Origin: Lama guanicoe
Lineage: Eukaryota
Direction: 5' to 3'
Assembly: GCA_013239625.1 (NCBI GenBank)
Contig: MU054117.1
Location: 2,044,011-2,108,010, forward strand
Length of the DNA: 64,000 nucleotides
The position numbers and the translations under genes were made by a program. This document shows, one piece after another, positions 11,985 through 25,558 of this stretch. Under the pieces are notes generated by a model. The model was not told where the DNA came from, did not search any database, and worked only from the letters and a program-made list of their open reading frames with translations. Numbering within the stretch: the first letter of the stretch is position 1; each line of letters begins with the position of its first letter.

Positions 11985-13280
11985 TTACTTAGTGAGAACC
12001 CACCACCTGCCAGGAATTACTCTGAGTTGTAGCGATATGTCTAAAACAGAGCAGACCACTTCCCTGCCCCTGCCGGGCCTGCATTCTGGAGGAGGAAGAC
12101 AGACAACGAAGGACACACATAGTAAACGAGAAAATCACATGGTACACCAGAAGTCCCCGAGTGCCGTGGGAGGGACCCAGGGGTCAGGAGGGGGAGTCGG
12201 GGTGAGGGTGGCCACACTGAGAACATTTGAGCAAAGCTTTAGGGTGAGGGTGAGAGTGGCCACATGGATACTGGGGAGAAAGTGCTCCAGGCAGACGAAA
12301 CAAAGGTTTTCCTGGCCCCAAAGCGGGAGGCTGGCTGGCTTGTCTTGGGAGCCGTGGGGGGAGTCACTGCAAGGGGGCAGGTCACGCAGGTGCTTGTCAG
12401 CCACAGCGAGACTCTGGCTTCTACTCTAGTGACGAGGGGTCAGGGCAGGGGTGGGCAGAGTGGCACGATCTTACGTTCTGATGTAAACTCTCTAGTCGCT
12501 TGTTGAGAACCGATTGCAGGGGAGCAAGGGTGGAAGCAGACCAAGTACAAACCTTGGGAGCTAAAAACCTTGGCGTCACCCTGGACTTCCTTCTTTCTCT
12601 TAGAACCCTTGGTTCTACCCCAATACCCAGGTCCTGGTTGCTTCAGAACCTGGGCCTTCAGCTGGACCCTCTCCAGCACCCTGGACCCCGCACGAGATAT
12701 GCAGAACCGAACCCTTCTCATCACCCCCACTGCTGCCACCTGGTCTGAGCAAGCCCAGGATTTTAGCCTGAGCAGCTCAAAGGAAGGAGTTGCCATTTCC
12801 TGGGACGTGGACGGCCAGGGGGGGAGCAGGTGCTGAGAGGACGATGAGGAGTTGAGTGTTGGGCGTGCTGAGTTGAGACACCTGTTAGTCACCCCCGTGC
12901 ACATGCAAAGGAGGCAGCAGTGTGTGTGGCTCTAGACCCTGGAGGGGACCGAGTCTGAGAGTCATTAGATTGCAGTGGTGTGAGGAGAGAGAGCAAGGAC
13001 CTTACAAGACCTGGCAGAAGAGGAGGAACTAGCACAGCAGGGTGAGAACCAGGAGAATGAAGTGGTGGGAAGGTGACACAGCACTGACGTCGGGGGTAGG
13101 GCTGCAGACAGGGCAGGCCAGGCGAGGGGTGGGAACTGGCGGTTGGATTTAGCAGCATGGAAGTCGCTGGTGACGTATGAGAGCAGTTTCAGTGACACGC
13201 AGGGGCACAGCCTGGCACAGGCGGGTCAGATAATGAGGGAGAGAAGAACTGGAAATAGGAGATGTGGGTGATTTGGGCGA
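11985..13280 (-). mobile_element. L2 relic containing an internally inverted segment (~12555-12750)
   Basis: L2-like motifs gggagcaagggtggaagcag, tttagcctgagca...ggagttgccattt, ttggatttagcagcatggaagtc. Confidence 0.65.
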
Positions 13281-14065
13281 AACTCGGGAGCGGGTGAAGT
13301 TCCTCTCTTCCTTCCATGTCGTCCCTCCTGGGTGGACAGGATGCTGCGCTGCTGGGACGGTGAGGCCGGTGGTCCAGCTGCCGTGGGGCCAGGGCTCCTA
13401 GCCGCTGAAGTTCCCAAAGAGGCTGCCCATTTCACTCACCTCCCCAAGCTCTCCACCCCTGACTCCCTGGAGGGAGAAGCAGACAGGATCCCCGAACAGG
13501 GCCTGCCCAGCTTAAGCTGTGGTCGCGGGGGTGAGGAGCCTCTGAGACCCTGAGGCAGGGTGTGGGGGAGGTGGCAGTGGCTTCAGCTCTGCTGGGAGCA
13601 AATCTAAATGACTTGGCGGCTGATCTCAGCCCAGGCAAAACCGGATCACCTACCAGCCATTTCATACCTCATTTCTAAGTCCGGGTTGCGGAAAGCCAGG
13701 CGGCGGTCACCGTGCCAAGAATCTTTGGGTTTTGCCCGTTGCAGAACCCCAGCCGGAGACCACCCTGTGTGAGGACAGGAGCGCCCTTCTCCCCTTGCGT
13801 CGCCCCCAGGTCATCCCCGCTTCTGGTCTTCGGTCCCCAGACACCCCGGTTCTGGCTGCTTCAGAACCTGTCTTCAGCTGGAACCGCTCCAGCTCCCTGA
13901 CCCCGGCTGCCGGCAGACTGAGTTCTTCAACACGCAGAATACCTGGGGCGGGAGACCCCGCGTGAGCCGAGCACAGTGGCCCACAGCGGGACCTCGCAGA
14001 CAGCGGGATCTTAGAGGGGAAGGGCCGTGGGGGGAGGGTGGCGGCTGACTACACCCCAGCCCTAG

Positions 14066-14180
14066 ACGTCAGGGCCAGCGCACAGGACGACAGGGAGGGC
14101 GCACAGGACGTCGGGGCGGGGGGGGGACGCACAGGACATCAGGGGGGGCGCACAGGACGTCATGGGGAGCGCACAGGACT
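14066..14180. repeat. GC-rich minisatellite, 5 copies of a ~21-bp unit
   Basis: CGCACAGGAC at 14079, 14100, 14128, 14149, 14170. Confidence 0.9.
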
Positions 14181-15224
14181 GGACGCCAGTGTGGAGGGGG
14201 TTAGACCACACCTGTCTGCCTTGAGGCTGTTTGTAGACACCACAGGACAAAGAGAAACAAGGAGCATTTTGGGTCACTAAGAGTAATGGTTACTTCATTA
14301 GTACTCGACAATTGGTTACTATTTTTAGGTAGTTACTCAGCGCCCCATATTGGTCAGGTTAGCGGTGATGACAGCATGGAACTGTCTGTGTATGTGCACT
14401 GCTGTCACTCGCGTGGGATACCGTCAGTTTATGTCTTAACAATGTCACCTGGAACATCACAGGTGGTGCTGTCCTGGAGTAAGGTGGCCAGCAGAGTGAC
14501 TCCTTTCTAGGATGGGCATGAGGCCCCTCATCCCAGGGGGAAGATGCCAGGACATTTTGGAATTTGGGCAGGAGACTCACTATGGGGGTTTGAGGGAGCG
14601 GCTGACTGTGACTCCGTCCTCCTACTCCAGGGCCAGCTCTGTCTTTCATGGGTGGTGACTGGGGCTTGGGATGCGGAAAGAGGCAGACTGCCCCAGGACT
14701 CGCTGTGGGCACCTGGGTCCCTCCTGGGCCCTGTCCCTCCCCTCTCCCCACTTTAGGGTCTGGATGTGCCTGGCAGGTGTGTGGACCTTGTCCCTGCTGG
14801 CCGGGACAAGGAGGGGCTCCAGGAGGCGCGGAGGAGGGGAGCAGCCTGCCCACTGGATCCAGTGTGGTTAAACACTGGCTTGGTTTATTGGGAAAGAGCA
14901 GGCAGGCAGCACAAAGATGGGGTCTGAGCTGTGCTGCAAACCCTCTCCATCCCCAGCCCCCGCCGTCCTCTCTCTGCAGTGTTTCCCACTCTCAGCAGTG
15001 ACTGTTCATATCAGCCACTGGGTTCTCTCTTCCCTAATTTCCCCTTCCTGCCCAGTAAGTCTTGGATTCATCTGTGTTCGTATTAGTTGGAACTGTTTAC
15101 AATCTTTCTTTGCCCTCGTCATCCAGCGTTTCCCTCAGCGTCTGAATCAAGGCTGCGCGCGCTACAAACCTGAGACTTGGAAGGTGAAGTGGAGAGCTGC
15201 ATTGCCCACTAACTGACCTTTGTT

Positions 15225-18200
15225 TTAACAGTTTTATTACGGTATAATTGGCTTACAATAAATTGCACATGTTGAAAGTGTACGACTTGATACGTTTCCA
15301 ACATACACATTCACCCTTGAAACCACTGCCAGCCACTCTCGAGATAATGAGTGTACCCATCAGCCCCTTCCTCCCACCGTGACCTCTGCTTCCCCTCCCA
15401 GTGCAACCACAGGCCTGTCTGGTTTTTCAAACCTGTAGCTACTTTCCAATTTTACTGCAACAGTATTGATCTGTAAGTTTTAGGTGTACAATGTGATGAT
15501 TTAATACACGTGTATGTTGTGAAATGATCACTACAGTTAGGTCAGTTAGCGCCTCCTTCATGCCTTCACATCATTACCTTTTTTGGGTGGTGATAACATC
15601 TAAGATCTCTTGGATGACTTTCAAGCATCCGACACGATATAGTTCACGGCAGTCGCCACGCTGTTCATTTCATCCCCAGAACTTAACTCATCTTATATCG
15701 GAGTTTGTACCCTTTGGCCAATGTCCCCCCATGTCTCCCGCCCCCAGGCTCTGGCAGCCACCATTCTATTCTCTATTTCCATGCGTTTGGTTTTTTCAGA
15801 GTTCACATTTAGATTCTCATAGAGAGAACAGTGCAGTGTTTACTTTTTCTGTCTGACTTATTTCACTTAGCGTAATGCCCTCAAGGTCCATTCATGTTGT
15901 TGCAAATCGTAGGAGTTCCTTTTCTTTTTAATGATTGAATAATATTTCATTATATATATAGCATTTTTGTAATCCATGCATCTGTTGATGGACACTTAGG
16001 TCACTTCCATGCATATATTCTGTCACTATACATTAATTCGCATTTCTTAGAATTTTATATAAATGGAATTATGCAGTGTGTACTTTCTGTATCTGGCTTC
16101 TTTCCACTCAGTATAATTACTTCGAGAGCCATTCGTATTTTTCACATCTCAGGAGTTCCTTTCTTGTTATTGTTGGATGGTATTCCATTGTATGAATATA
16201 CTATAATTTGTTCTCCTGTTGACAGACATTTGGGCGGTTTCCAGGGCTTGGCTATTACAGGTGAAAGTACTAACAACATTTATGCACACGTCTTCATATA
16301 AACATATGCTTTCATTTCCCCTGAGTAAACACCTGAGGCTGCAATGACGCGGTTACGCAGCAGGTGCACTTCTAACTTGTTAAGAAACCACCAAACACTT
16401 TTCGAAAATGATCGTACCATTTTACACTCCTGCCAGCAGTGTGTGCAGGTGCCACCTTCTCCACGTCGTCACCAATACTTAGCCTTTTTAATTTTAACTT
16501 TTCTAATTGGTGTGAAATACCATCTCACTGTCATTTAAATTTATGTTGACTAATGATATAGACCATTTTTCTCCTGTGCTTCTTTGCAACCCATATATCT
16601 CGTTTGGTGAAAACCTGTTCAAATCTTTTGACCATTAAAAAAAAAAATGGATTGTTTTCTGACTATTGAATTTTGAGACTTCTTTACATATTCTGGAGAA
16701 AAGTCCTTTACCAAATATGCATTTTTTCTCATTCTGTCTTACATTTTTCCTTTTCTTAGCTATGTCTTCTGAAGAGCAGAAGTTTCAATTTTTGATGAAG
16801 TGCAGTTTATCAGTTTATTATTTACCATGGTTTTGGTGTCATGAAAAAAACTTTGCTTAACCCAAGGTCTCATAATTTCTTCTAGAAGTTTTATAATTTT
16901 AGGGTTTACATTTAGGTCTAGGATCCATTCTGGGCTAAGTTTTGTACATAATGAAAGTATGGATTAAAGTTCATTTTTTCATGTGTTTTGATATCCTCTT
17001 TTCCCAGCATTGTTATTGAAAAAACTATCTTTTCTCTAATGAATTGCTTTAAACCTTTGTCAAAAATCAGTTGTCCATATACGTGTGACTCTGTTGCTGG
17101 ATTCTATTTTGTTCTGTTGATCTATTTGTTTATTTTTGACACCAAAACGACACTGCCTTAATTCCTGTAGCCTTATAATAATATGAAGATTGGCAGAGTT
17201 AGGCCTAACAGTTGTTCTTGTTTAAAGTTGTTTGGCTCTTTTAGGTTCCTTGCATTTTCATATGAATTTTAGAATCAGTTTGTCAGTTTCTCCAAAAATG
17301 CCTGCTGGGGTTCTGATTGGGGTTGCAGTGAATCTATAGACCAGTTTGGGAAGAACTGACATCTTACTAATATCGAGTCTTCTGACCCACGCCCCTCGCC
17401 ATTTAACGAAGACTCCTTTAATTTCTCTCAGCGATGTTTTGGATGTATGTATCTTTCACATCTTTTCTCAGACTTACTCCTAGATATTTAATTTTTTTGA
17501 TGCTGTTATGAATGGCATTATTTCTTGGGGGCGGGTGTAGCTCAAGTGGCAGAGTGCATGCTTAGCACGCATGAGGTCCTGGGTTCAATCCCCAGTACTT
17601 CCTCGAAGAATGAGTAATTACCTAATTATCTCCCCCAACTGAAAAAAAATTCCAGTGAATGGTATTATTTCTTAAATTGTAATTTATGATTGTTTGTTGC
17701 TAGTAAATAGGAAAACCAGTCTTACAATCTTTCCCTCTTATCTGGGATATTTAGACTTCTTACATTTAATGTGGCTTTCCATACAGTTAAGTTTAAATCT
17801 ATCACCTCATTGTCTGTTTTCTCTTTGTCCTGTTGATTCTTTGTTCCCCTTTTCTTCTGCCTTCCTTTGGGTTAGTTGAATGTTTTTCATCACCACATTG
17901 TTGGCTTTCTTCCTTGCTGGCTTCTCAGCCATAGCTGTTTGTGGTGTCAGTTTAGGGACTACAGTGTATGTCTTTAACGCATCACAGTTGCCCTCATACC
18001 ACTTTACACATACGAACCTTAATAATACGCTGCCATTCCTCTGCCCCCAACCTTTGTGCTCTTGCCGTTAATTTCACTTTTTTACGTGTCATAAACTCCA
18101 CATCACATTGTTATCATATTTGTTTAACCACTCAATTATCTTCCAAAGAGATTTGAATAATAAGGGAGAACTCTTATGTTTGCCTTTGTATGTAGTTAGC

Positions 18201-19600
18201 ATTTCTAAGTTTTTTTATTCCTCTGTCTCGATTCATATTTCTTTCCAACACCATCATTGTCCTCTGCTCAGCAGGACTTTCTTCAACGGTTTCCATAGTG
18301 TGGATGTGGTGGGGATGGATGCTTACAGGTTTTACATGTCTTAAGAAGCATTTAGTTCACTTTCCTGTTCGAACAGTGTTTTTACTGGGTATAGAATTCT
18401 AGCTTGACAGTTTTCCTTCAGTGCTTCCCCAGTGTGCCCCCCACCACTGTCTTCTTACTTGCATTGTCTCCAGTGAGAAATCTGACGTCATCCTTATCTT
18501 CGTTCCTTTGCAGGTGTCTTCTCCCCCCACCCCGACTGAGTCTAAGGTGTCCTTTTAAAACTCTTAATCACGAGTTTAAATAATTTGACTGTGATGTGCT
18601 TGTTCTGTTTTTCTTTGAGCTTATTTTGGGACTTACTGAGCTTCTTGAATCTGTGGATTTATAGTTTCCATCAAATTTGGAAAAATTTCAGCCATTATTT
18701 CTTGAGTTTTTTTCCTGACCTCTCTTCCACTTTTGTCTCCTTCAGGGATTCCAATTACAAGTATGTTAGGCTGCTTGAAGTTGTCCCACTGACACCAGTT
18801 TTTGTCTGTCTGTTTAATTCTCTTTTCTCTGTGTGTTTTATTTTGGATAGCATCCACTTTTGTGGTTCAAGTTCACTAATCTTTTCTTCTGCTGTATCTA
18901 ATCTGCCATTAGTCCCACCCAGTGTATTTTTCATGTCACATGTTATGGCTTTCATCTCTAGAAGTTTTTGATTTGGGTCTTTTTCAAATCTTTCACATCT
19001 CTGTCTAACTTTTTGAAATAAAATTGTAATGACTGCTTTAACGTCCTCGTCTGATTGTCCTGACGTCTGTGTAGGCTGTGCATTGGGTTCAGTTGATGTG
19101 TTGGGTTCAGTTGATTGTTTTGTTACTTATGAGTGATGTTTTCTTGCTTTTTTGTTTTCCTGGTTGTTTTCCATTGGATGCCAGGCCTGGTGATTTTTGT
19201 TTCATTGGTTGCTGAGTATTTTTGTATTTCTATAAATATTGTTGAGACTTTTTCTTGGGACCAGTGAAGTTATCTTATCCTTTTGGGTTTTGCCTTTAAG
19301 ATTTGCTAGGTGGAGCCAGAGTCGTGCTCCTTCTAAAGCTAGCTATTCCCACACTGGGGAAATGCCTTTCTTCCCGATGCCCTGTGCATCCTGAGATTAT
19401 CCAGCCTGGCTGGAGGGAGCAGGCTCTTTCCCCAGCCCCGTGTGAGCACCGTAATGCTCAGCCTTCCTGAGCGACGCTTTCCCTCGCCTTGGGTAGTTTC
19501 CTCGCACACGTGTGCTGACCAGCTCTCAGTCAGAATCTCACAGGGGACCCTCTGCACACACCCGGGTCTCTCTGTGTGCACCTCTCTCCTCTCTGGTACT
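15225..19600 (-). mobile_element. Composite old L1 block (nested L1M-type fragments including an ORF1 relic)
   Basis: AT-rich. L1 3'-end motifs at 15225 and ~15450 (nested). Minus-strand ORFs 18633-18955 read as ORF1p-like (RLDTAEEKISELE; NILVIGIPEG; IMAEIFPNL...INPQIQEAQ) with frameshifts. Confidence 0.85.
17527..17650 (+). mobile_element. tRNA-derived SINE (Vic-1-like) nested in L1, with TSD
   Basis: Full head and tail; flanked by TGAATGGCATTATTTCTT (17509-17526) and TGAATGGTATTATTTTCTT (17656-17674). Confidence 0.85.
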
Positions 19601-20130
19601 GGATCCTGTGAACTCCCCTGTCCACTCTGCCAGCAGACAGAGGTCTGTGGTGGAGAAAACGTCATTTCTGCCATTAGGAGACTGGTCTCAGCCCGTGAAT
19701 GTGAAAGCAGAAGCGGAATGAACCATTGAAGGGAAATCTGATTTCAGTCTGCTACAAATCCCTCTCTAACATCAACAGCCGTCATTTCCTTGAGAAAAAT
19801 GATACTGTGGGCCGTGTGAGTGCTCCTGGATGGCTGTTACTCAGTGAGCTTCTTATGTTGCCATGAGTTCTGTGTTGTTCAGGCAGTAATTGATGTTGAC
19901 AGGAGCAAACCTTGGTAGGTATAGATGGAAACTTCAGAGTGAGAAAAGGGACTGGCCAGGCCCTACATAACTTGGTGACTCTTCATCTCCGCTGTGGTTC
20001 CAGACATCTAGACAGACATCCCCTATCCTCAGTGTTCTGACTGGAAGTATGGGGTGGTGTTGGGAGGCGATGAATGTGGACCATGCGGAGGGTAGTGCCC
20101 GGTAATGGACAGCCTGTTTCCCACCCACAG

Positions 20131-20265
20131 GTGCCTTTTTCATCCCCTACCTCATCTTCCTCTTTACCTGTGGCATTCCTGTCTTCCTCTTGGAGACAGC
20201 CCTGGGCCAGTACACTAGCCAGGGAGGCGTCACAGCCTGGAGGAAGATCTGCCCCATCTTTGAGG
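20131..20265 (+). CDS. SLC6A13: GAT-2 coding exon 2 (TM2)
   Basis: cacag|[50 protein letters not shown]|gtaagt; 135 nt. Confidence 0.97.
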
Positions 20266-20689
20266 GTAAGTAGCTCCGTGCCTGATTCCAGGGTGTCTGC
20301 ACCAGTGGTTATAAACCTAATTTGAACAACTGGGTGGTCTATCAGCAGTGCTGATTGAGATGAGACTGTCTTTATGTTAAACCCTCCACTTGTAAGCCTG
20401 ATACTGAGCTAATCACCCAGCCCATCAGAGAATGGAGGAGAAGATGGGGCTGAGGATAGGGCAAAGGCTTTAATTAATAGGTAGAGCACAAAGCTATTTT
20501 AGCTATATATATTTTAAAATATATAAAAATGATTTTGTATTTTCCAAAACATGCTTAACCAATTCTAGAGCACTTAAAAGAGAATTTTAAATGAGAAAAA
20601 ATTCATGAATAATTCTACCATCTTGACATAATAGCTATTTAAAACTTAGGGTGTTTTTTTCCAATATTTCTGTCTATGTGGAAGTAGTT

Positions 20690-21400
20690 TTATCCCTTGT
20701 GTAGATTTGTGCAACCACCAGCACTGTGCCATCACCAGAAAGGTCTCCATCATAATGCTCCTTCACAGTCCAACGTGCCCCTCCCCCTATCCCTAACCTC
20801 TGACAACCACTAACTTGTTCTCTGTCTCTACAGTTTTGTCACTTTGTGAATGTTGTATAACTGGAATCACACAGGTTGTGGCCTTTTGAGACTGGCTTCG
20901 CTCAGTGTGATGCCCTTGAAATCCATGTAGGTTGCCCTTGTATCAACAGCTAATTCTTTTTTCTTACTGAGCAGTATTCCATGGTATGGACGGATGTACT
21001 GTGGTACAGTTAACCATTTACCCACGGAAGAACATGTGGGTTGTTTCCAGTTTAGAGGGTTTTATCTCTTTATTTCTCTCTCTATATATAAATTTACATG
21101 TCTATTAATATGAAATATGCACAGTTTATGTTTCTATTTTCCATTTTCTACACAACAAGCCTTTGATTGCATAAATTTCCATCAAATGGATATGTCATAA
21201 TTTATTTAACAGTTCTCTGTTTTGGGGCTTTTTGCTTATTTTCATTCACTTATTGTTATATTCTGCTAGCATGTATCTTTGTAGAGGTAGCCCTTTCCCC
21301 TCCTTTTTTGGAATTATTTCTTTGGGATAAATTCCCGGGACTAGGTTCACTGGATCAAATGGACAGCCAACTTGATGTCTCTTGAGCTGGCTTATTAAAC
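20690..21400 (-). mobile_element. Old L1M-type 3' fragments
   Basis: ccctaacctctgacaaccactaa...ggaatcacacag...gttgtttccagttt motifs. Confidence 0.65.
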
Positions 21401-21489
21401 TGTCCCATGGAAGTGCTCTACTGCTGTACAAGTCACTAGACTTGAGTGAGTGTCTTTCCCCGATACCTTCCACAACTCTGAGTTGTATC

Positions 21490-21665
21490 TGTGGCTCCCA
21501 AACTTGCCTGCACACTGAAATCACCCCAGGACCTTCAAAACATCCTGAGGCCTGTACCCTTCCCCTGAGATTATGATTTAATTGGTCCGAGGTCTGGACT
21601 GGGCTTTGGGATTTCTGATATATCTCCAGGTAATTCTAATACGTGGACAAGTTTGGAAATCCCTG
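21490..21665. mobile_element. MER5A-like hAT-Charlie relic
   Basis: gtggctcccaaacttgcctgcacactgaaatcacc...ctccaggtaattctaat...aagtttggaaatccctg, with imperfect terminal inverted repeats. Confidence 0.65.
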
Positions 21666-21834
21666 AGCTGTGTCATTTGTAAACATTTTTACCAGTGCGG
21701 TAGGTGCAGAAGGGCACCTCATTGTTGTTTCGTTTTGTACACATACAGTTATTAGGGAGGACGAGTAGGTTTTGAGGATGTTTATTCACTATCTGTATTT
21801 GCTCCTGTGTGAATTGTCTGTTCCTGCTTTTAAC

Positions 21835-21960
21835 TTTTTTTTTATTCGTTTGTTTGTTTTATTGAAGTATAGTCAGTTACATTGTGTCAGTTTCTGGTGT
21901 ACAGCATAATGCCCCAGTCATGCATATGTGTACATACAATCGTTTTTATATTCTTTTTCT
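21835..21960 (-). mobile_element. Short L1 3'-end fragment (same type as 6712-6876 and 51442-51641)
   Basis: ttttattgaagtatagtcagttacattgtgtcagtttctggtgtacagcat. Confidence 0.7.
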
Positions 21961-22299
21961 AACACAAGTGTTTATGTTTCAGAAATAATTCAAACTAATT
22001 CCAGGGAACATTAGCTATTGGAATCTCGAAGTTAGCCTTACCCACCTGTAAAACAGCGTGGAATCAGTGAACTTGCAGAACCAATAAACATGAAAGTGCA
22101 GCAGGAGACGGGGAGGGAAGCCCCCCCTGGCCTTGGGAGCGGGAGGAGAGCCGAGGCCCGCGCTCCTGGCCCTGGGACCCTGGCCCGGGACCCTGGCCGA
22201 GGAGCAAGCGGCTCCCCTGTGCAGGAGGGGGCGGGGCGTGGGGAATCCGCCCCACGCCCCCCCCCCCCCCCCCCACCCACCCCGGCGCCTCCCCCCCAG

Positions 22300-22440
22300 G
22301 CATCGGCTACGCCTCGCAGGTGATCGTCATCCTGCTCAACGTCTACTACATCGTCGTCCTGGCCTGGGCCCTCTTCTACCTCTTCAGCAGCTTCACCGTC
22401 GACCTGCCCTGGGGGAGCTGCCGCCACGACTGGAACACAG
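22300..22440 (+). CDS. SLC6A13: GAT-2 coding exon 3 (TM3)
   Basis: cccag|[51 protein letters not shown]; |gtgagg; 141 nt. Confidence 0.97.
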
Positions 22441-22976
22441 GTGAGGTCGCCGCTTCCCCGGCTCCGCCTCGGGGACCAGGACAGGGCTTGTCCCCGCATC
22501 CCGGGACCGGCCCGCCCTTGACTGGGGACGCACGCGGAGACCTGGCGTCCAAGACAAGGCGAGAGTTCAGCGGCGCCCCCGCCAAAGCGTCCCAGACGTT
22601 AAGACAAACTTACACGTTCCGTTAATGTACTGCGGATCCACGTGTTACGAAGACAGAACCGGCTCCCTTTTATGTAGTTTGTCCCTTCTCGTGTTACGAT
22701 TTGAAATACGGTTACTTTGATGTATGTATGTATTGCTTTTTCACTTACTGCTTTCTCATGTCTTCTTTCTGATACTATTTCAGGTCTTTTCAACTCCCAA
22801 TTCTGGATTTAAGCAGGGACTAACTTTTTTGTGTATCATCTATACAACGTAGACGAGCAATTAATTTTCTCCTGTGACTCTTTTAAGACAAGAGCCCCTA
22901 TGGCAATAGAACTCCTGAGTCTAATGAGTTGAAAGTAAACCCTACATTAAAAATAAAAATTAAAAAGACCCAGGGT

Positions 22977-23163
22977 AGTGCTGTCCAAAAGAGCTATCCT
23001 TGCACTCTCTGATATGGTAGCCACTAGCTCCACGTGGCTGTTGAGGATTTGAAATGTGGCTTGTGTGTGAGAGGACCTGACTTTAAAATTTTTTTTTAAA
23101 TTTTAATTAATTTATATATAAGTAGTCACCTGTGGATTGTGGCTACCCTGCTGGATGGCGCAG
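22977..23163. mobile_element. MER3-like hAT-Charlie relic
   Basis: gtgctgtccaa...atatggtagccactagc...tgaaatgtggct...tttaattaattt...gtggctacc. Confidence 0.7.
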
Positions 23164-23714
23164 GTAGGGGTATATTGGACGCTGTCCTGTTTCGAGCCTG
23201 AGCTCTGCCTCCATCTCCCACCATCCAAACATGGGCCTCACCTGTGCTGAGATGAACCTCTTGTCCAGATAAGCTACTCAGTTCTCAGCTGGAGTGGGAA
23301 TCCCTGGCTTGCCAGCGAGGCACATTTTGCAGGGTCTGTCCCCGTGTTTAAGGCCCCCTCGCCCTCACACTATATGCTCTCTTCCCAGACATTCATTCCC
23401 TTGCCATCTCGGCCACCACCTCCGTCCCACTGCTTTTCAAGTGAAAAGTCCAGTCTTGGCAGTCCCTCCCCTGACACCCCGAGATTCACAAGGTTGGGTG
23501 TCAGCTGGTGTCTGCACTGGCCCCGGGCTTTACTGTGATACTCACCCCACTTCCCCAAGAGCTGCAAGATCTTGAGGGCAGAGAAGGTGTCTCCAGCTCT
23601 GAGCCTTTGTGCTCAGCACCGTGCCGGCTACGACGTCATGAGCTCTCAAAAAATAGTCGTGGAGTGAATCCAGTTTTGAAAATCTGTTTTACTCTAATGT
23701 TTTCTCTATTATGT

Positions 23715-23830
23715 GTTTTTTCTTCCTCCCCACCCCTCTCTTTCCTCCTCCCTCTTTCCCTTCCTTACTTCCTCCGTTTCTCCCTCTCTCCTTTTCTCTT
23801 TCTCTCTTTTTCTTTCTTTCCTCCCCTCTG
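23715..23830. repeat. CT-rich low-complexity tract
   Basis: Almost pure pyrimidine on the + strand. Confidence 0.85.
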
Positions 23831-24169
23831 TGCACTGAAGTCTGCCCTGACAACCGGCTCCTCAGACGGGGTTTTATCCAGATCTCAGTGCAGGTCCTCT
23901 TGCAGCAATTCTGTGCATTTGGGAGAGGGGGGCGTGTCTCAGACAATTCTAAGGCGAATTCAAAACCTGGGGCTGTGGCTTGGTGACATTTTGGGCACTT
24001 CTCCTGGTGAGTCTGGGTTTCCCCAGAGCCTGGCGTCTTGAGCAGTACAGGACTGTCTGGAAGAAACAGGTGTTTTCTGGGTGTGCTCAGGCTCTGAGGA
24101 AGGTGGCTTGGTTTGGAGAAGGGTGTCCAGGCCGTCGTTCAGCAGATGTGCGTGGCCCTCCCTCCGGCT

Positions 24170-24720
24170 CTATGCCGGGCTCTGTTCCCAGCACTGGGGA
24201 TGCGGCGACATGCAGAGACAGAGCTCCCTGCTGAGGAGCCTTTATTTTAGTGGCGGGAGTCAGACCGTAAACAAAACAAGTGCATCACGTGTTCCATGTG
24301 GGAAGAACTGCCATGGAGAAAAATAAACAAGAACCAGAGATTGGGAATTTTGTGGAGAGGGTTGTAATTTTAAATAGGGTCACCAGGGAAGGTCTCTTTG
24401 AGAAGGGGTCACTGGGTCGTGCGCGGAAGGAGGAGGGGGAGCGGGGAGGGGGCAGACACCAGTGCAGAGGCCCTGGGCTACGGCAGGTGGGTGGGGGGCA
24501 GTGGGAGATGAGGTGGGCGGTGACGAGGCGGGTTGAATGGGGCCTCGGAGGCGATGATGAGGTGTGGGCTTCTTTCTCCGAGGGGGACAAGAAACCCTCT
24601 AGAGGGTTTGAACTGGGACACGACACAGAGTCATGACGTGACTGAAATTTTAACAAAACTAGTCTGGTCGCTCAGGGAGCCCTGAGCCGTGGTGACCTGC
24701 CCAGGGTGGTGGTGATGCCC
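24170..24720 (-). mobile_element. L2 relic
   Basis: ctctgttcccagcactgggga...ttttaaatagggtcaccagggaaggtctctttgagaagg...gagggtttgaactggg. Confidence 0.6.
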
Positions 24721-25558
24721 GGAACAGGAAGGAAGGGCCAGAGTCCGGATATTGTAAAGGTAGAACACACGCAGTTTGCTGTACTCGGCCACACGCAAGC
24801 TGTGACAGGCCGTGTCTGAGGAGATTCGCTTTCTCGCAAGCACAGTGGAGAGACACCACCTGTCTTAACACCGCCCAGGACTGCTGTCCTTCTGAAGTGG
24901 AAGCAGACTGCGATCACTCTTTGTGACCCCCCTAAGTCATGTCTGGATAATTCGGAGCCACTCTGTATGGAGGACTGTACAGTCCTGTGTTCATTTAACC
25001 CCCTTATCAGGCCCACTGGGGCTCTCTTTCTGCACGTCTTAGAGATGACAGAGGTGAGGCTTAGAGAGCCACACACTGACCTACGGGAGGGTCAGGATTC
25101 AAGCCAGAGGGTTCTGACCTTTCACCTGTGCGCTCAGCCCTTGGACACATCACTTCCTTGGAAGGCATCCTTATTAGGGGACCTCAAAGGTCATGACTTT
25201 ATAAAGAACAATGGCCTAGGGATATTTGTATACTTTGAAGCAGATGGTGTGCAGAACATCTTTCAGGGTGCAATCAGATTGTGCTTTGATTAGGCCGCGC
25301 TCCCCACCGTGGGCAGCCCCCTGTGGGAACATGGGAGCAGGTGGCGTGGGCTTGTCGGGGTCACTGGGCGTTTTGCTTTGTGCTTTATTCTGAGGATGTC
25401 TTGTACAGACAGCTTCAGCCCAGTTCCTTCCAGATACACTACTTGCCGGTCTCCGAAAACTTCACCCCCTTCCTGGTCATGCCGAATACAGGCCAGTGAC
25501 CTTTCTCTTGCTTCTCCCCTCACCTCCCCACCACCCTGGCCCCGGGACCCACGGGCAG

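Noticed and set aside
14066..14180. Repeat-spacer pattern resembling a CRISPR array
   Set aside because: 10-bp core with short, related G-rich spacers in a mammalian intron and no cas genes; it is a minisatellite.
18633..18955. ORF1p-like peptides as a host gene or active L1
   Set aside because: Frameshifted short fragments in a decayed L1 block; no intact ORF2.
19083..19115. Short tandem duplications (TTGGGTTCAGTTGAT x2; also TTGAGAATCTTACA x2 at 45419-45448)
   Set aside because: Ordinary slippage micro-duplications with no sign of function.
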